In this document: positions 1 to 8,772 of the stretch, piece by piece | Numbering within the stretch: the stretch's first letter is position 1 | Layout of the letters: each line of letters begins with the position of its first letter | Assembly: GCA_964399305.1 (NCBI GenBank) | Contig: CAYNQJ010000001.1 | Coordinates: 36,415 to 100,414, forward strand | Direction: 5' to 3' | DNA: 64,000 bases | Source of the DNA: an uncultured Luteolibacter sp. | Lineage (GTDB): Bacteria; Verrucomicrobiota; Verrucomicrobiia; Verrucomicrobiales; Akkermansiaceae | Made by a program: the position numbers and the translations under genes | The notes under the pieces: model-generated | Databases searched by the model: none | What the model saw: only the letters and a program-made list of their open reading frames with translations | What the model was told of the DNA's origin: nothing

Positions 1-321
1 GTTTGTTTGGACTGCAAAGCGTGAAAGTAATGCGGCAACCCACGCCGCCGTCGCCCGTGCCATCAAATTCGGTTTGCCTGGAACCGATATGCCGGGGCAC
101 GAGACATTGACGCGTGGACAAATTGGCGCGCTTGCCGACTGGGTCGTGGGCTTGAGATCCGAGCCATGAACAGCGGATCCCGCAGTCAGCGGTTGCATGC
201 CGCCATTGTGCCGGACCGCTGGGTTCGAACGTGCCGGAATCACAAAATATGCGTGGTTTTACTGGGAAAACCCATGATTTTGACATCCAAAATGCGGAGA
301 GTTCATCAAATCAGGCGCAGC

Positions 322-347
322 AAATCACGATGTTTTACTCTTGATTT
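322..347. promoter_or_regulatory. Palindromic operator, copy 1 (AAATCACGA-TGTTTTAC-TCTTGATTT), candidate Rrf2-binding site
   Basis: 9-8-9 inverted repeat with one mismatch, just upstream of the first radical SAM gene; near-identical arms at 3214 and 5079. Confidence 0.75.
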
Positions 348-355
348 CCATCGTC

Positions 356-1447
356 ATGCACACCGCACACGCACCTCGTCCGGCTGAAATGCCTGCCATG
401 GAGGATTACGATTTTGATGACCGGCCATTCCTGGTTTTCTGGGAAATCACGCGTGCGTGTGCCCTGGCGTGCAGCCATTGCCGTGCGGAGGCGCAGTCGA
501 AGCGGCATCCGGAGGAATTGGACACCGCACAATCGCTGGAGTTGATCCGGCAGCTTGCCGAGTGGAAGCCGCCGATGTTGATCCTGACCGGCGGGGACCC
601 CCTGATGCGGCGTGACGCTTTGGATCTCGTTCGTGAGGCTGCGGATGCGGGATTGCATGTCGGCCTGAGTCCGTCGGCGACGCAGCGGTTGATGCAGGTG
701 GACTTCGCCGATCTCAAGGCGGCCGGTGTGCAGCGGATGTCGCTGAGCCTGGACGGGGCAACACGTGAGACCCACGATTCCTTCCGTGGAGTTGAGGGGA
801 CGTTTGACCGCACCATCGAAGCAGTGCGCCGCGCGCATGATGTGGGATTGAGTTTGCAAATCAACACCACGCTCACCCGTGGCAACATGGACGAGTATGA
901 GGCTTTCAAGAATCTGATGTTTGAATTGAAGCCGGCGATGTGGAGTGTTTTCCTGCTGGTTCCGACCGGGCGTGCCGGGCTGAAGGATATGCCGGACGCG
1001 GCGGATATCGAGCGGGTGTTCGAAGACATGGCCGGATTGGTTGGCAAGGCCCCGTTCGCCGTCAAAACCACCGAGGGTCATCATTTCCGCCGGGTGGTCA
1101 TGAAAAAGATGGGAGGCGGCGCTTCCGCTCCACGGCCCGGGATGAGGTCGCCTCTGGGGATCCGTGATGGCCGGGGTGTGATGTTCATATCGCACACTGG
1201 CGAGGTTTCGCCGAGCGGATTCCTGCCGATGGTCTGTGGCAACGTCAAGACCACCTCCCCCGTGGAGATTTACCGCCACCATCCGCTGTTTGTCTCGCTG
1301 CGCGACAACGACGCGCTTGGCGGCAAGTGCGGTGTCTGCGAGTTCCGCACCGTGTGTGGAGGTTCGCGTTCCCGTGCCTACGGAGTCACCGGCGATCCCT
1401 TTGCCGCCGATCCGGCCTGCGTCTATCAGCCGAAGATGGCTGTCTGA
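356..1447 (+). CDS. Radical SAM/SPASM protein, AhbD/NirJ-related (TIGR04053-like), putative heme biosynthesis
   Basis: WEITRACALACSHCRAEA (CxxxCxxC), LTGGDPL, SLDG, C-terminal CGVCEFRTVCGGSRSRAY...DPAC SPASM; start uncertain (356/389/398) because the TTG at 341 lies inside the operator. Confidence 0.85.
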   Translation: MHTAHAPRPAEMPAMEDYDFDDRPFLVFWEITRACALACSHCRAEAQSKRHPEELDTAQSLELIRQLAEWKPPMLILTGGDPLMRRDALDLVREAADAGLHVGLSPSATQRLMQVDFADLKAAGVQRMSLSLDGATRETHDSFRGVEGTFDRTIEAVRRAHDVGLSLQINTTLTRGNMDEYEAFKNLMFELKPAMWSVFLLVPTGRAGLKDMPDAADIERVFEDMAGLVGKAPFAVKTTEGHHFRRVVMKKMGGGASAPRPGMRSPLGIRDGRGVMFISHTGEVSPSGFLPMVCGNVKTTSPVEIYRHHPLFVSLRDNDALGGKCGVCEFRTVCGGSRSRAYGVTGDPFAADPACVYQPKMAV

Positions 1448-1497
1448 TTTCATATCGATCCAACTGAAAAACCACAACCCCCGAAGCTCCGAACCCC

Positions 1498-2724
1498 ATG
1501 ATCAATCTCACCAAACTCTGGACCGGTGTCGCGCAACCCGCCGATGGTCTCCGCTACGGCCATGGTGCAGGCGGCCACGCATCCGCCACCGCCGCTCGTG
1601 CCCGCAAGCCGATCACCGTATGGAACATCACGCGCACCTGCAACCTGCGTTGCGTCCATTGCTATTCCGACTCCAACGCGATGCAATACCCGGGCGAGCT
1701 GACCTGGGAGCAGATGCAGGAGGTGGTCAGGGATCTCGCCGCATACGAGGTGCCCTCACTGTTGCTCTCCGGCGGCGAGCCGATGATCCACCCGCATTTC
1801 TTCGACCTGGTGGACATGGCTTCGGCAGCCGGACTGAAGCTGACGATTTCCACCAACGGCACGCTGATCACCCCGGAGAAAGCCGCGCTGCTCAAGGCGG
1901 CGGATGTTGCGTATGTGGGAATCTCCCTCGATGGCATCGGCGAGATCCACGACCAGTTCCGCCGCAAGGAAGGTGCCTTTGATGCCGCCGTGCGCGGATT
2001 CAAGAACTGCCACGACGTGGACCAGAAGACCGGCCTGCGCCTGACGCTCACCCGCCACAATGTGGAGAACATCGACCGTATTCTCGATTTCATCGAAGAG
2101 CAGGAAATCCGGCGCGTCTGTTTCTATCATCTCGTGCCCGCCGGTCGCGGCAGCGAACTGCAGGTGCTCGGGGCCGATGAGGCGCGCGGTGCCATCGACA
2201 CCCTGATCGCAAGGGTCGAGTCCTGGCACAAGCAAGGGGTTGATCGCGAGCTGCTCACCGTCACCCAGCCCGCCGATGGCGCGCATCTGTTAGTCAGGAT
2301 GGAGAGGGAGAACCACCCGAACCTTGAGGAAGCCCGACGCCTGCTTGCGTGGAATGGCGGTGGTGCCAACAGCTCCGGCCGCGGGATTGCCAACATCGAC
2401 ACCCAGGGCAACGTCCACCCCGACCAGTTCTGGCAGGATATCATCCTCGGTAACGTCAAGAAAATGCCGTTCTCCCGCATCTGGGAGGGAGGGAATCCGG
2501 AATCCGCGGAAATCCTCGAATCGATCCGTTCGATCGGCCTGCTCACGCAGGAGGAGCGTCAGGCGCGGATGACCGGCCCCTGCGCGGATTGCCGCTGGTT
2601 CGGCATTTGCGGCGGCGGGTTCCGCACGCGGGCGGCCTTCTGCAATGATGGCGATTTGTGGGGTTCCGACCCCGGATGCTATCTTCGTGACGAGGAGCGT
2701 CGCGGCGCTTGCGCGGTCGCCTGA
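1498..2724 (+). CDS. ahbC: Radical SAM/SPASM protein, AhbC/NirJ1-like (Fe-coproporphyrin synthase-like)
   Basis: N-terminus MINLTKL..DGLRYG, WNITRTCNLRCVHCYS, RRVCFYHLV, NSSGRGIANID, HPDQFW, CADCRWFGICGGGFRTRA..DPGCYL, typical of AhbC/NirJ1. Confidence 0.75.
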   Translation: MINLTKLWTGVAQPADGLRYGHGAGGHASATAARARKPITVWNITRTCNLRCVHCYSDSNAMQYPGELTWEQMQEVVRDLAAYEVPSLLLSGGEPMIHPHFFDLVDMASAAGLKLTISTNGTLITPEKAALLKAADVAYVGISLDGIGEIHDQFRRKEGAFDAAVRGFKNCHDVDQKTGLRLTLTRHNVENIDRILDFIEEQEIRRVCFYHLVPAGRGSELQVLGADEARGAIDTLIARVESWHKQGVDRELLTVTQPADGAHLLVRMERENHPNLEEARRLLAWNGGGANSSGRGIANIDTQGNVHPDQFWQDIILGNVKKMPFSRIWEGGNPESAEILESIRSIGLLTQEERQARMTGPCADCRWFGICGGGFRTRAAFCNDGDLWGSDPGCYLRDEERRGACAVA

Positions 2725-2733
2725 TCATCGCAC

Positions 2734-3144
2734 TCACTCGCCGGACGGCGGTTTTCGCAGCGATTTTTTCGTGGAGAGCATCCGCTTGTCTGCAACGGAC
2801 CGCTGCTTCGAGCGCCGCGAGCGCTGGCGTTTCTGACGGCGCATTTTTTCGATTGCCTGGCTGCGGGCGCTGGCCTTGCCGTCGCGTATGGTTTCGAGCT
2901 GGATGCAGAGTTCGCGCCTTGCGAGGAAACGGTTCATTTCGCGCGAGCGGTCCATCTGGCATTTGATGCAGACGCCGCTTGGAAGGTGTTTGAGAAACAC
3001 GCAGTTCGAGGTCTTGTTGATCTTTTGTCCTCCCGAGCCGGAGCCGCGGACGAATTTTTCCAACAGATTGGACTCGTCGATGCCAAGCGCCTCCATCCGT
3101 CGGGCGAGGTCGGCGAGCTTCTCTTCGGAAACCGGGTTCTGCAT
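2734..3144 (-). CDS. Stand-alone RF-1-domain peptidyl-tRNA hydrolase (ArfB/mtRF-R-like ribosome rescue factor)
   Basis: FVRGSGSGGQKINKTSNCV GGQ motif, 136 aa, very basic C-terminal tail (RRQKRQRSRRSK). Confidence 0.85.
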   Translation of the reverse strand: MQNPVSEEKLADLARRMEALGIDESNLLEKFVRGSGSGGQKINKTSNCVFLKHLPSGVCIKCQMDRSREMNRFLARRELCIQLETIRDGKASARSQAIEKMRRQKRQRSRRSKQRSVADKRMLSTKKSLRKPPSGE

Positions 3145-3213
3145 CGGCAGAGCATAGCGGCGATTTCCCGCAGGGGAAACACCTGATGCCGGGAAATTTC
3201 ATTCTGCCCGACC

Positions 3214-3239
3214 AAATAAAGAATGATTATTCTTGATTT
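3214..3239. promoter_or_regulatory. Palindromic operator, copy 2 (AAATAAAGA-ATGATTAT-TCTTGATTT)
   Basis: Same 9-8-9 palindrome, AT-rich in a GC-rich context, ending 28 nt before the nnrS ATG at 3268. Confidence 0.75.
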
Positions 3240-3267
3240 GGGAAGTGATGAAACCGAGACTCCGGGC

Positions 3268-4488
3268 ATGAAGCACATCTGGCGCTTGTGGATGGAGGAG
3301 CCTTACCGGTTGATGTTTCCAGTGGGCATGTTGGCGGGGATAGCCGGGGTGATGATGTGGCCGTTGCTGTATGCGGGAATGATCGGTTTCTATCCGCGCG
3401 ACGCGCATCCGCGGGTGATGCTGCAAGGTTTCATGGGGGCGTTTGTCGCTGGATTTCTCGGCACGGCGTTTCCGCGGCTGTGTGGCACGCGGGGCTGGAG
3501 TTCGTGGGAGTTTTCCGCGGTCCTGATCCTATGGGTGTCGGCGTTGGCCTGTGCGTTGACCAACCGGGTTGCGGCAGGGGATGTGGTGTTTTGCATGTTT
3601 TGCCTGCTGCTTTTCTCCGGGATGCTGGCGCGTTGGTTCGGGGGCAGGCGCGATGTTCCGCCGCCGGGCTTCGTGCTGGCGGTCGCTGGTGTCGGCGGGG
3701 CGGCGGTGGCATCCGCCTGTCTCGCCAGGGGGCACGGGTTCTGGCTGGGACCCCATGGTCTGGCCTGGATGAAGCTGTTGCTCTATCAGGGTTTTCCGCT
3801 GCTTCCTTTGTTAGGGGTGGGTCCGTATCTGTTGCCGCGGTTTTTCGGCATGCCGAGCAGCCATTCGTTCGATGAATCCCCGACACCACCGCCGGGCTGG
3901 TGGCAGAGGTTTCATGCTTCGATCGGCTGCGGATTGCTGGTGTTTGCCAGCTTCGCGCTGGAGGTTCACGGGCAGGTGGCCGCAGGTCATCTGCTGCGCG
4001 CGCTGGTGGTGGCCGGGTGGTTCGCGCTGGAGACTCCGGTTTTCCGCAGGGCGAAGGTTTCCAGCACGCCGGGCAACGCGATCCGCTGGGCGATTGGCGG
4101 CTTGGTGGCGGGTTGTGTGGCGACCTTTCTCCAGCCCGGCGCGCGGATGGGAACCATGCATTTGTTTTTCGCCGCCGGCATCGCTCTGGTGACGATGGCC
4201 GTGGCCACCCGGGTGATTCTAGGCCATGCCGGACGGCACGACCTTCTATCAGGAAAAATCGTCTGGCTGCGCTGGGCCACCGGCCTGCTTGTTCTGGCCG
4301 CTGCCACACGCGTGACTTCGGATTTCGTCCCGGCAGTGAGTGTTTCACATCACATTTACGCGGCGTGGAGCTGGGCTTTTGGCGCGCTCGTCTGGCTGTT
4401 CGCGTTGGCGGGCATGCTGCTGCGCAAGGAAGTGGTGGAAAAGCCGAGGGGGCAATGTTCGCGCCACCAGGCGGGTCGCGGCGCGTGA
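3268..4488 (+). CDS. nnrS: NnrS family multi-pass membrane protein (NO stress)
   Basis: EPYRLMFP, H..MLQGF...GFLGTA.P, MH...G..TMAVATRVILGHAG motifs; many hydrophobic helices. Confidence 0.85.
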   Translation: MKHIWRLWMEEPYRLMFPVGMLAGIAGVMMWPLLYAGMIGFYPRDAHPRVMLQGFMGAFVAGFLGTAFPRLCGTRGWSSWEFSAVLILWVSALACALTNRVAAGDVVFCMFCLLLFSGMLARWFGGRRDVPPPGFVLAVAGVGGAAVASACLARGHGFWLGPHGLAWMKLLLYQGFPLLPLLGVGPYLLPRFFGMPSSHSFDESPTPPPGWWQRFHASIGCGLLVFASFALEVHGQVAAGHLLRALVVAGWFALETPVFRRAKVSSTPGNAIRWAIGGLVAGCVATFLQPGARMGTMHLFFAAGIALVTMAVATRVILGHAGRHDLLSGKIVWLRWATGLLVLAAATRVTSDFVPAVSVSHHIYAAWSWAFGALVWLFALAGMLLRKEVVEKPRGQCSRHQAGRGA

Positions 4489-4503
4489 GCGTCTGGCTCA
4501 AAT

Positions 4504-4600
4504 GGGCAGCGCGCGCATCCTGGGTGCTTCCTTGCGCATTGTGCGCATGGGCTTCCCCTCGGAGCGCAAAGCGCGACCTGGAATGTCATTCGTCAGACAG
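4504..4600 (-). repeat. Dispersed ~100-bp intergenic repeat, family A, copy 1
   Basis: Reverse complement aligns by eye with 12772-12870 (ctgtctga..atgac.ttccaggtcgcg..ttgcgctcc..atgcgcaaggaagcac..gatgcg.gcgct) and with 60109-60193; lies between convergent nnrS and rrf2. Confidence 0.85.
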
Positions 4601-4610
4601 TCTCCGGGGA

Positions 4611-5036
4611 TCACGCCGCACCGCGGTTTCTGTTAGTGAAGACCGCGAGCGTCGTCTCATGCAGGAACTTCTGTCCGCCTTGCTCGAGTTTCAGGAAGTC
4701 CTCATGCAGCGGACAGGGATTGCCTCTGCCACACCACCCGGGTCCAAAGGGGCAGGGGAATTCCTCCATATCGCGCTCGAACAGGCTCACAATATCCGCC
4801 AGGCGGATTTTTTCAGGCGGCATCGCCAGGCGGTAGCCCCCTCCAGGTCCGGTCGTCCCGCGTGTCAAGCCGGCTGATGCCGCCTCACTGAGCAACTTCG
4901 CCGCAAGCGCGGGCGGAATCTTCCTCACCCGGCCAACCTCTGATGAGGAAACCGCCGCCGCATCCGGGCTGTAGCGTTCCGCCAAATAGCTCATCGCCGC
5001 CACCGCCTGCCTTGCAAGTTTTCCGTAACGCAACAT
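4611..5036 (-). CDS. Rrf2 family transcriptional regulator with Fe-S ligand motif
   Basis: wHTH with GTTGPGGGYRLA..PEKIRLADIV signature; C-terminal CPFGPGWCGRGNPCPLH (C-X6-C-X5-C-X2-H, IscR-like); start MLRYG at 5036. Confidence 0.92.
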   Translation of the reverse strand: MLRYGKLARQAVAAMSYLAERYSPDAAAVSSSEVGRVRKIPPALAAKLLSEAASAGLTRGTTGPGGGYRLAMPPEKIRLADIVSLFERDMEEFPCPFGPGWCGRGNPCPLHEDFLKLEQGGQKFLHETTLAVFTNRNRGAA

Positions 5037-5078
5037 GCACCCGTGTAGCGGAATATGCGGAATAACGCCACAAAAAAG

Positions 5079-5104
5079 AAATAAAGAAATATTTTTCTTG
5101 ATTA
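5079..5104. promoter_or_regulatory. Palindromic operator, copy 3 (AAATAAAGA-AATATTTT-TCTTGATTA)
   Basis: Same 9-8-9 palindrome in the divergent intergenic region between rrf2 (5036) and the cytochrome c gene (5196). Confidence 0.75.
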
Positions 5105-5195
5105 GGCGCGTGTGCGGGTGTGAAGTTGCCTCGTTCCGCGGGATCGGGTATATTTCATACTCCCATGAATATCCGACCCAAACCCCACATGCGCC

Positions 5196-5666
5196 ATGAA
5201 ACAAAAACAATTGATTTTGTCCATCACACTGCTGGCCGCGGTATCGGTCGGGTGTGGTTCCAAGGAAGAGGCACGCAAGGCTGCGGCGGAGTCTCCGACA
5301 CCCGCGGAGTTGGTTGACTCAAGCGCTGTCGTTCACGGCAAGAAAATCGAGTCCGTGGAGCTGACCAATCCGCTCAATGCCGAGTGGGTGACCAAAGGCA
5401 AGGCGGCCTATGAGATGAAGTGTCTTGCGTGTCACAAGCTGGATGAGACGCGGGTGGTGGGTCCCGGCTGGGCCGGTGTGACCAAGCGGCGCGAGCCGGT
5501 ATGGATCATGAACATGATCACCAATGTGGACATGATGCTGGAGACCGATGAGGAGGCCCAGAAGTTGCTGGAAATGTGCCTGGTGCGGATGCCCAACCAG
5601 AACATGACCGAGCAGGAGGCCAGGGAGGTGCTGGAGTTCATGCGTCAGAACGACGGTGAGAAATGA
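5196..5666 (+). CDS. Monoheme cytochrome c lipoprotein of the clade II nos cluster (NosC-like)
   Basis: Lipobox-like VSVGC, heme motif CLACH, VVGP, distal RMPNQ Met; directly upstream of nosZ. Confidence 0.9.
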   Translation: MKQKQLILSITLLAAVSVGCGSKEEARKAAAESPTPAELVDSSAVVHGKKIESVELTNPLNAEWVTKGKAAYEMKCLACHKLDETRVVGPGWAGVTKRREPVWIMNMITNVDMMLETDEEAQKLLEMCLVRMPNQNMTEQEAREVLEFMRQNDGEK

Positions 5667-5694
5667 TCAGACTAACAAACACGCGCGAATTACC

Positions 5695-7677
5695 ATGAAA
5701 ACAAGAACCCAACAAGTCGTCGCGGCGATCCTGGCATTGTCCGGCGCCGTTCTCGCCATCGGCTGCAAACCGAAGGGCCTCATCCAGAAGGTTGAAAGCG
5801 GGACAGCGGAGAAGGTCTATGTCGCACCGGGCCAGAAGGATGAAATGTACAACTTCGTGTCCGGCGGTTTCAGCGGCAACGTTTCGGTTTACGGTTTGCC
5901 ATCCGGCCGTCTGTTCCGGCAGATCCCCGTATTCGCCGCACACCCGGAGTCCGGCTGGGGATACAGCGAGGAGACCAAGGCGATGCTTGAGACCTCCGCC
6001 GGCTACGAGCCATGGGATGACCAGCACCACCTGGCGCTTTCGCAAACCAAGGGGGAACACGATGGCCGCTGGGTGTTCGCCAACGCCAACAACACGCCCC
6101 GTGTGGCGCGGATCAGCACGGAAACCTTCCGCACCGAGGAGATTCTGGAGATTCCCAACAGTTCGGGAAACCACTCGTCGCCGTTCATCACCGAGAACTC
6201 GGAATACATCGTGGCCGGCACGCGGTTTGCCTATCCGCTCGACGATGAGGGATCCAATCCGGACGTGCCGATTTCCACCTTCAAGGAGAACTTCAGGAGC
6301 ACCTTCAGCATGATCTCGGTGGCTCCGGACACCGGGCGGATGAAGGTCGCCTTCCAGATCCTGCTGCCCGGGATCGACATCGACCTTGCCCGCGCCGGCA
6401 AAGGCAAGTCGCACGGATGGATGTTCTTCTCCTGCTACAACAGCGAGCTTGCGCACACATTGCTGGAAGTGAATGCCTCGCAGAAGGACAAGGACTTCAT
6501 CGGCGCGATCAACTGGAAGAAGTGCGAGGAATACATCAAGGCCGGCAAGGGCCGCAAATCACGCAACAAGCACCTTCATCACGTCTGGAACGAAAAAACC
6601 CACAGCACGGAGTCAACCGTCGAGGAGGAAGTCATCATCCTCGATCCCAAGGAGCTGCCGGACATGGTTTATTTCATGCCATGTCCGAAATCGCCGCACG
6701 GCTGCGACACCGATCCGACGGGGAGCTATATCATCGGCAGTGGCAAGCTGGCGGCGCTGATTCCGGTCTTCTCGTTCGACAAGATGCAGGCTGCGATCGC
6801 AGCCAAGGATCACGAAGGGGACTTCCATGGCATTCCGGTGCTCAAGTATGAGTCGGTCCTCCACGGCGAGGTCAAAAAGCCGGGGCTTGGTCCGTTGCAC
6901 ACCGAGTTCGACGGCAAGGGGTTCGCCTACACATCGATGTTCGTCACTTCGGAGATCGTCAAATGGAACATCGAGACGCTCGAGGTCGTGGACCGGTCCC
7001 CGACATTCTATTCGGTCGGCCACATGACCATTCCCGGCGGCTGCACCGCCAAACCGCATGGCAAATATGCCATCGCCTACAACAAGATCACCAAGGACCG
7101 CTACCTGCCGACCGGGCCGGAGCTCACACAGTCGGCGCAATTGTATGACATCTCGGGCGACAAGATCAAGTTGCTGCTGGATTTCCCGACGGTGGGTGAG
7201 CCCCACTATGCCGAGGCGATTCCAGCCGCGTTGATCGAGCCGCGCTCGAAAAAGATATACAAGCTGGAGGAGAACCAGCATCCCTACGCCACCAAGAGCG
7301 AGAAGGATGCCCGTGTGGTGCGGGATGGCAAGGTGGTGCATGTGTACATGACCGCGATCAGGTCGCATCTTGCGCCGGACAACATCGAGGGCATCAAGAT
7401 CGGCGATGAGGTGTACTTCCATGTCACCAATCTCGAACAGGATTGGGACGTGCCGCACGGCTTTGCCGTCAAGGGTGGGAAAAACTCCGAGCTGCTCATC
7501 ATGCCCGGTGAAACCGTGACCCTGAAGTGGCTGCCGACCCGTGTTGGGATCTCGCCGTTTTATTGCACCGATTTCTGTTCGGCACTGCACCAGGAAATGC
7601 AGGGATATGCCCGTGTTTCTCCGGCGGATTCCGACGTGCCCATCAAGTTCGGGATTGGCGACAGTGCGCCGAAATAG
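5695..7677 (+). CDS. nosZ: Nitrous oxide reductase, clade II (Sec-dependent)
   Basis: CuZ His motifs DDQHH, GNH, PHG, GPLH, EPH; CuA HGF...CTDFCSALHQEM; no twin-arginine motif, Sec/lipoprotein-type leader (VLAIGC). Confidence 0.98.
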   Translation: MKTRTQQVVAAILALSGAVLAIGCKPKGLIQKVESGTAEKVYVAPGQKDEMYNFVSGGFSGNVSVYGLPSGRLFRQIPVFAAHPESGWGYSEETKAMLETSAGYEPWDDQHHLALSQTKGEHDGRWVFANANNTPRVARISTETFRTEEILEIPNSSGNHSSPFITENSEYIVAGTRFAYPLDDEGSNPDVPISTFKENFRSTFSMISVAPDTGRMKVAFQILLPGIDIDLARAGKGKSHGWMFFSCYNSELAHTLLEVNASQKDKDFIGAINWKKCEEYIKAGKGRKSRNKHLHHVWNEKTHSTESTVEEEVIILDPKELPDMVYFMPCPKSPHGCDTDPTGSYIIGSGKLAALIPVFSFDKMQAAIAAKDHEGDFHGIPVLKYESVLHGEVKKPGLGPLHTEFDGKGFAYTSMFVTSEIVKWNIETLEVVDRSPTFYSVGHMTIPGGCTAKPHGKYAIAYNKITKDRYLPTGPELTQSAQLYDISGDKIKLLLDFPTVGEPHYAEAIPAALIEPRSKKIYKLEENQHPYATKSEKDARVVRDGKVVHVYMTAIRSHLAPDNIEGIKIGDEVYFHVTNLEQDWDVPHGFAVKGGKNSELLIMPGETVTLKWLPTRVGISPFYCTDFCSALHQEMQGYARVSPADSDVPIKFGIGDSAPK

Positions 7678-7680
7678 GAC

Positions 7681-7701
7681 GTGGCGCGGGCATTCCGCCC
7701 G
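7681..7701 (+). repeat. REP-like palindrome, family B (GTGG-CG-CGGGC-ATTCC-GCCCG)
   Basis: GTGG tetranucleotide plus hairpin just after the nosZ stop; similar copies at 12719, 57973 and inverted at 58071-58094. Confidence 0.7.
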
Positions 7702-7722
7702 AGTCATCCACATGATCCCCTC

Positions 7723-8772
7723 ATGAACCGTTTATCCCTCGTCACCCGGATGCTGCTCGCCGTCGCCGTGCTTTCAATGCTTGCGGCATACCGGTTGCCG
7801 ATGTGGGAGATCCAGTTGTGGGCGCCGCAGTATCCGGAGGGACTCAACATGAAGATCTGGCTGGATCATCTGAGCGGCGATTTCGAGATCATCAACGGCC
7901 TGAACCATTACATCGGCATGAAGATGATCAAGGAAGAGATGTTTCCCGAGTTCCAGTACATGGGGTATGCGCTGGGATTCCTGATCCTCATGGGGCTGCT
8001 GCCTGTCATCACCGGGCGGAGGGTGATGCTGCAGGTGTTTGTCGTCCTGTTGTTTGTTGCGGCAGCGCTCGGGGTCTATGATTTTTACCGGTGGGGTTAT
8101 GACTACGGCCACAATCTGGATCCGAAGGCGGCGATTTCCGTGCCCGGGATGAGCTATGATCCGCCGATTCTGGGATACAAGGCATTGCTCAACTTCACCG
8201 CCTACTCGGGGCCGGATACCGGCGGGTGGGTCATGATCGTGTCAGGTGCCATGGCCACGGCATTGTTGGCATGGGAATGGTGGAAGACCCGCCGCATGCG
8301 GTGGCAGGCTGGCGGATTGGCGGCGTTGCTGCCATTTGCGATCATGCCGGCAGTGATCTTCGTTCTCCCCGGATGCGACAGCGGGCCGCAGCCGATCGAG
8401 TATGGCAAGGATTCCTGCGCCGAGTGCAACATGACCATTGTGGACAAGCGGTTCGGCTCCGAGTTCATCACCGGCAAAGGCAGGGTTTACAAGTTTGATG
8501 ACATCAACTGCATGGTGGAGTTCATCAGTCGCGATCCGCATGCGGGCGATGCGGGTGCGAGGCGCCTGGTCGTGGATTTCAACGGACAAGGCCGGTTTCT
8601 CGATGTGGAAAGCGCGGTGTTTCTGAAGCATGCCGGTATCAGGTCGCCGATGCGGAGCGGAATCGCGGCATTCGGTGACAAGCATGCGGCATCGGCCGTG
8701 GGCGATGGCCTGGGCGGCGAAGCGGCCTATCCGGCCTGGGGCGAGGTGCTGGCGGAATTCCGAAAACCATGA
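7723..8772 (+). CDS. NosB-like membrane protein fused to a NosL copper-chaperone domain
   Basis: PMWEIQLWAPQYPEGL, INGLNHYIGM, YDYGHNLDP.A (clade II nosZ-adjacent membrane protein) followed by CAECNM...KFDDINCM...SPMRSG (NosL). Confidence 0.88.
   Translation: MNRLSLVTRMLLAVAVLSMLAAYRLPMWEIQLWAPQYPEGLNMKIWLDHLSGDFEIINGLNHYIGMKMIKEEMFPEFQYMGYALGFLILMGLLPVITGRRVMLQVFVVLLFVAAALGVYDFYRWGYDYGHNLDPKAAISVPGMSYDPPILGYKALLNFTAYSGPDTGGWVMIVSGAMATALLAWEWWKTRRMRWQAGGLAALLPFAIMPAVIFVLPGCDSGPQPIEYGKDSCAECNMTIVDKRFGSEFITGKGRVYKFDDINCMVEFISRDPHAGDAGARRLVVDFNGQGRFLDVESAVFLKHAGIRSPMRSGIAAFGDKHAASAVGDGLGGEAAYPAWGEVLAEFRKP

Noticed and set aside
341-354. FNR-box-like TTGAT-TTCC-ATCGT, plus loose TTGAT half-sites near 10615 and 12906
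   Set aside because: Right half is mismatched or spacing is wrong; the TTGAT at 341 is better explained as part of the 9-8-9 palindrome
356-2724. Radical SAM/SPASM pair as a RiPP maturation system or heme d1 (NirJ) locus
   Set aside because: No precursor peptide, PqqD domain or exporter is visible; the motifs fit Ahb-type enzymes and no nirS/nirF is present in the window
4611-5210. Long N-terminal extensions in the ORF track (rrf2 from 5210, nnrS from 3223, surA-like from 21110, glutaminyl cyclase from 56405, pgk from 63360)
   Set aside because: Extensions overlap operators or neighbouring genes; downstream ATGs match family N-termini
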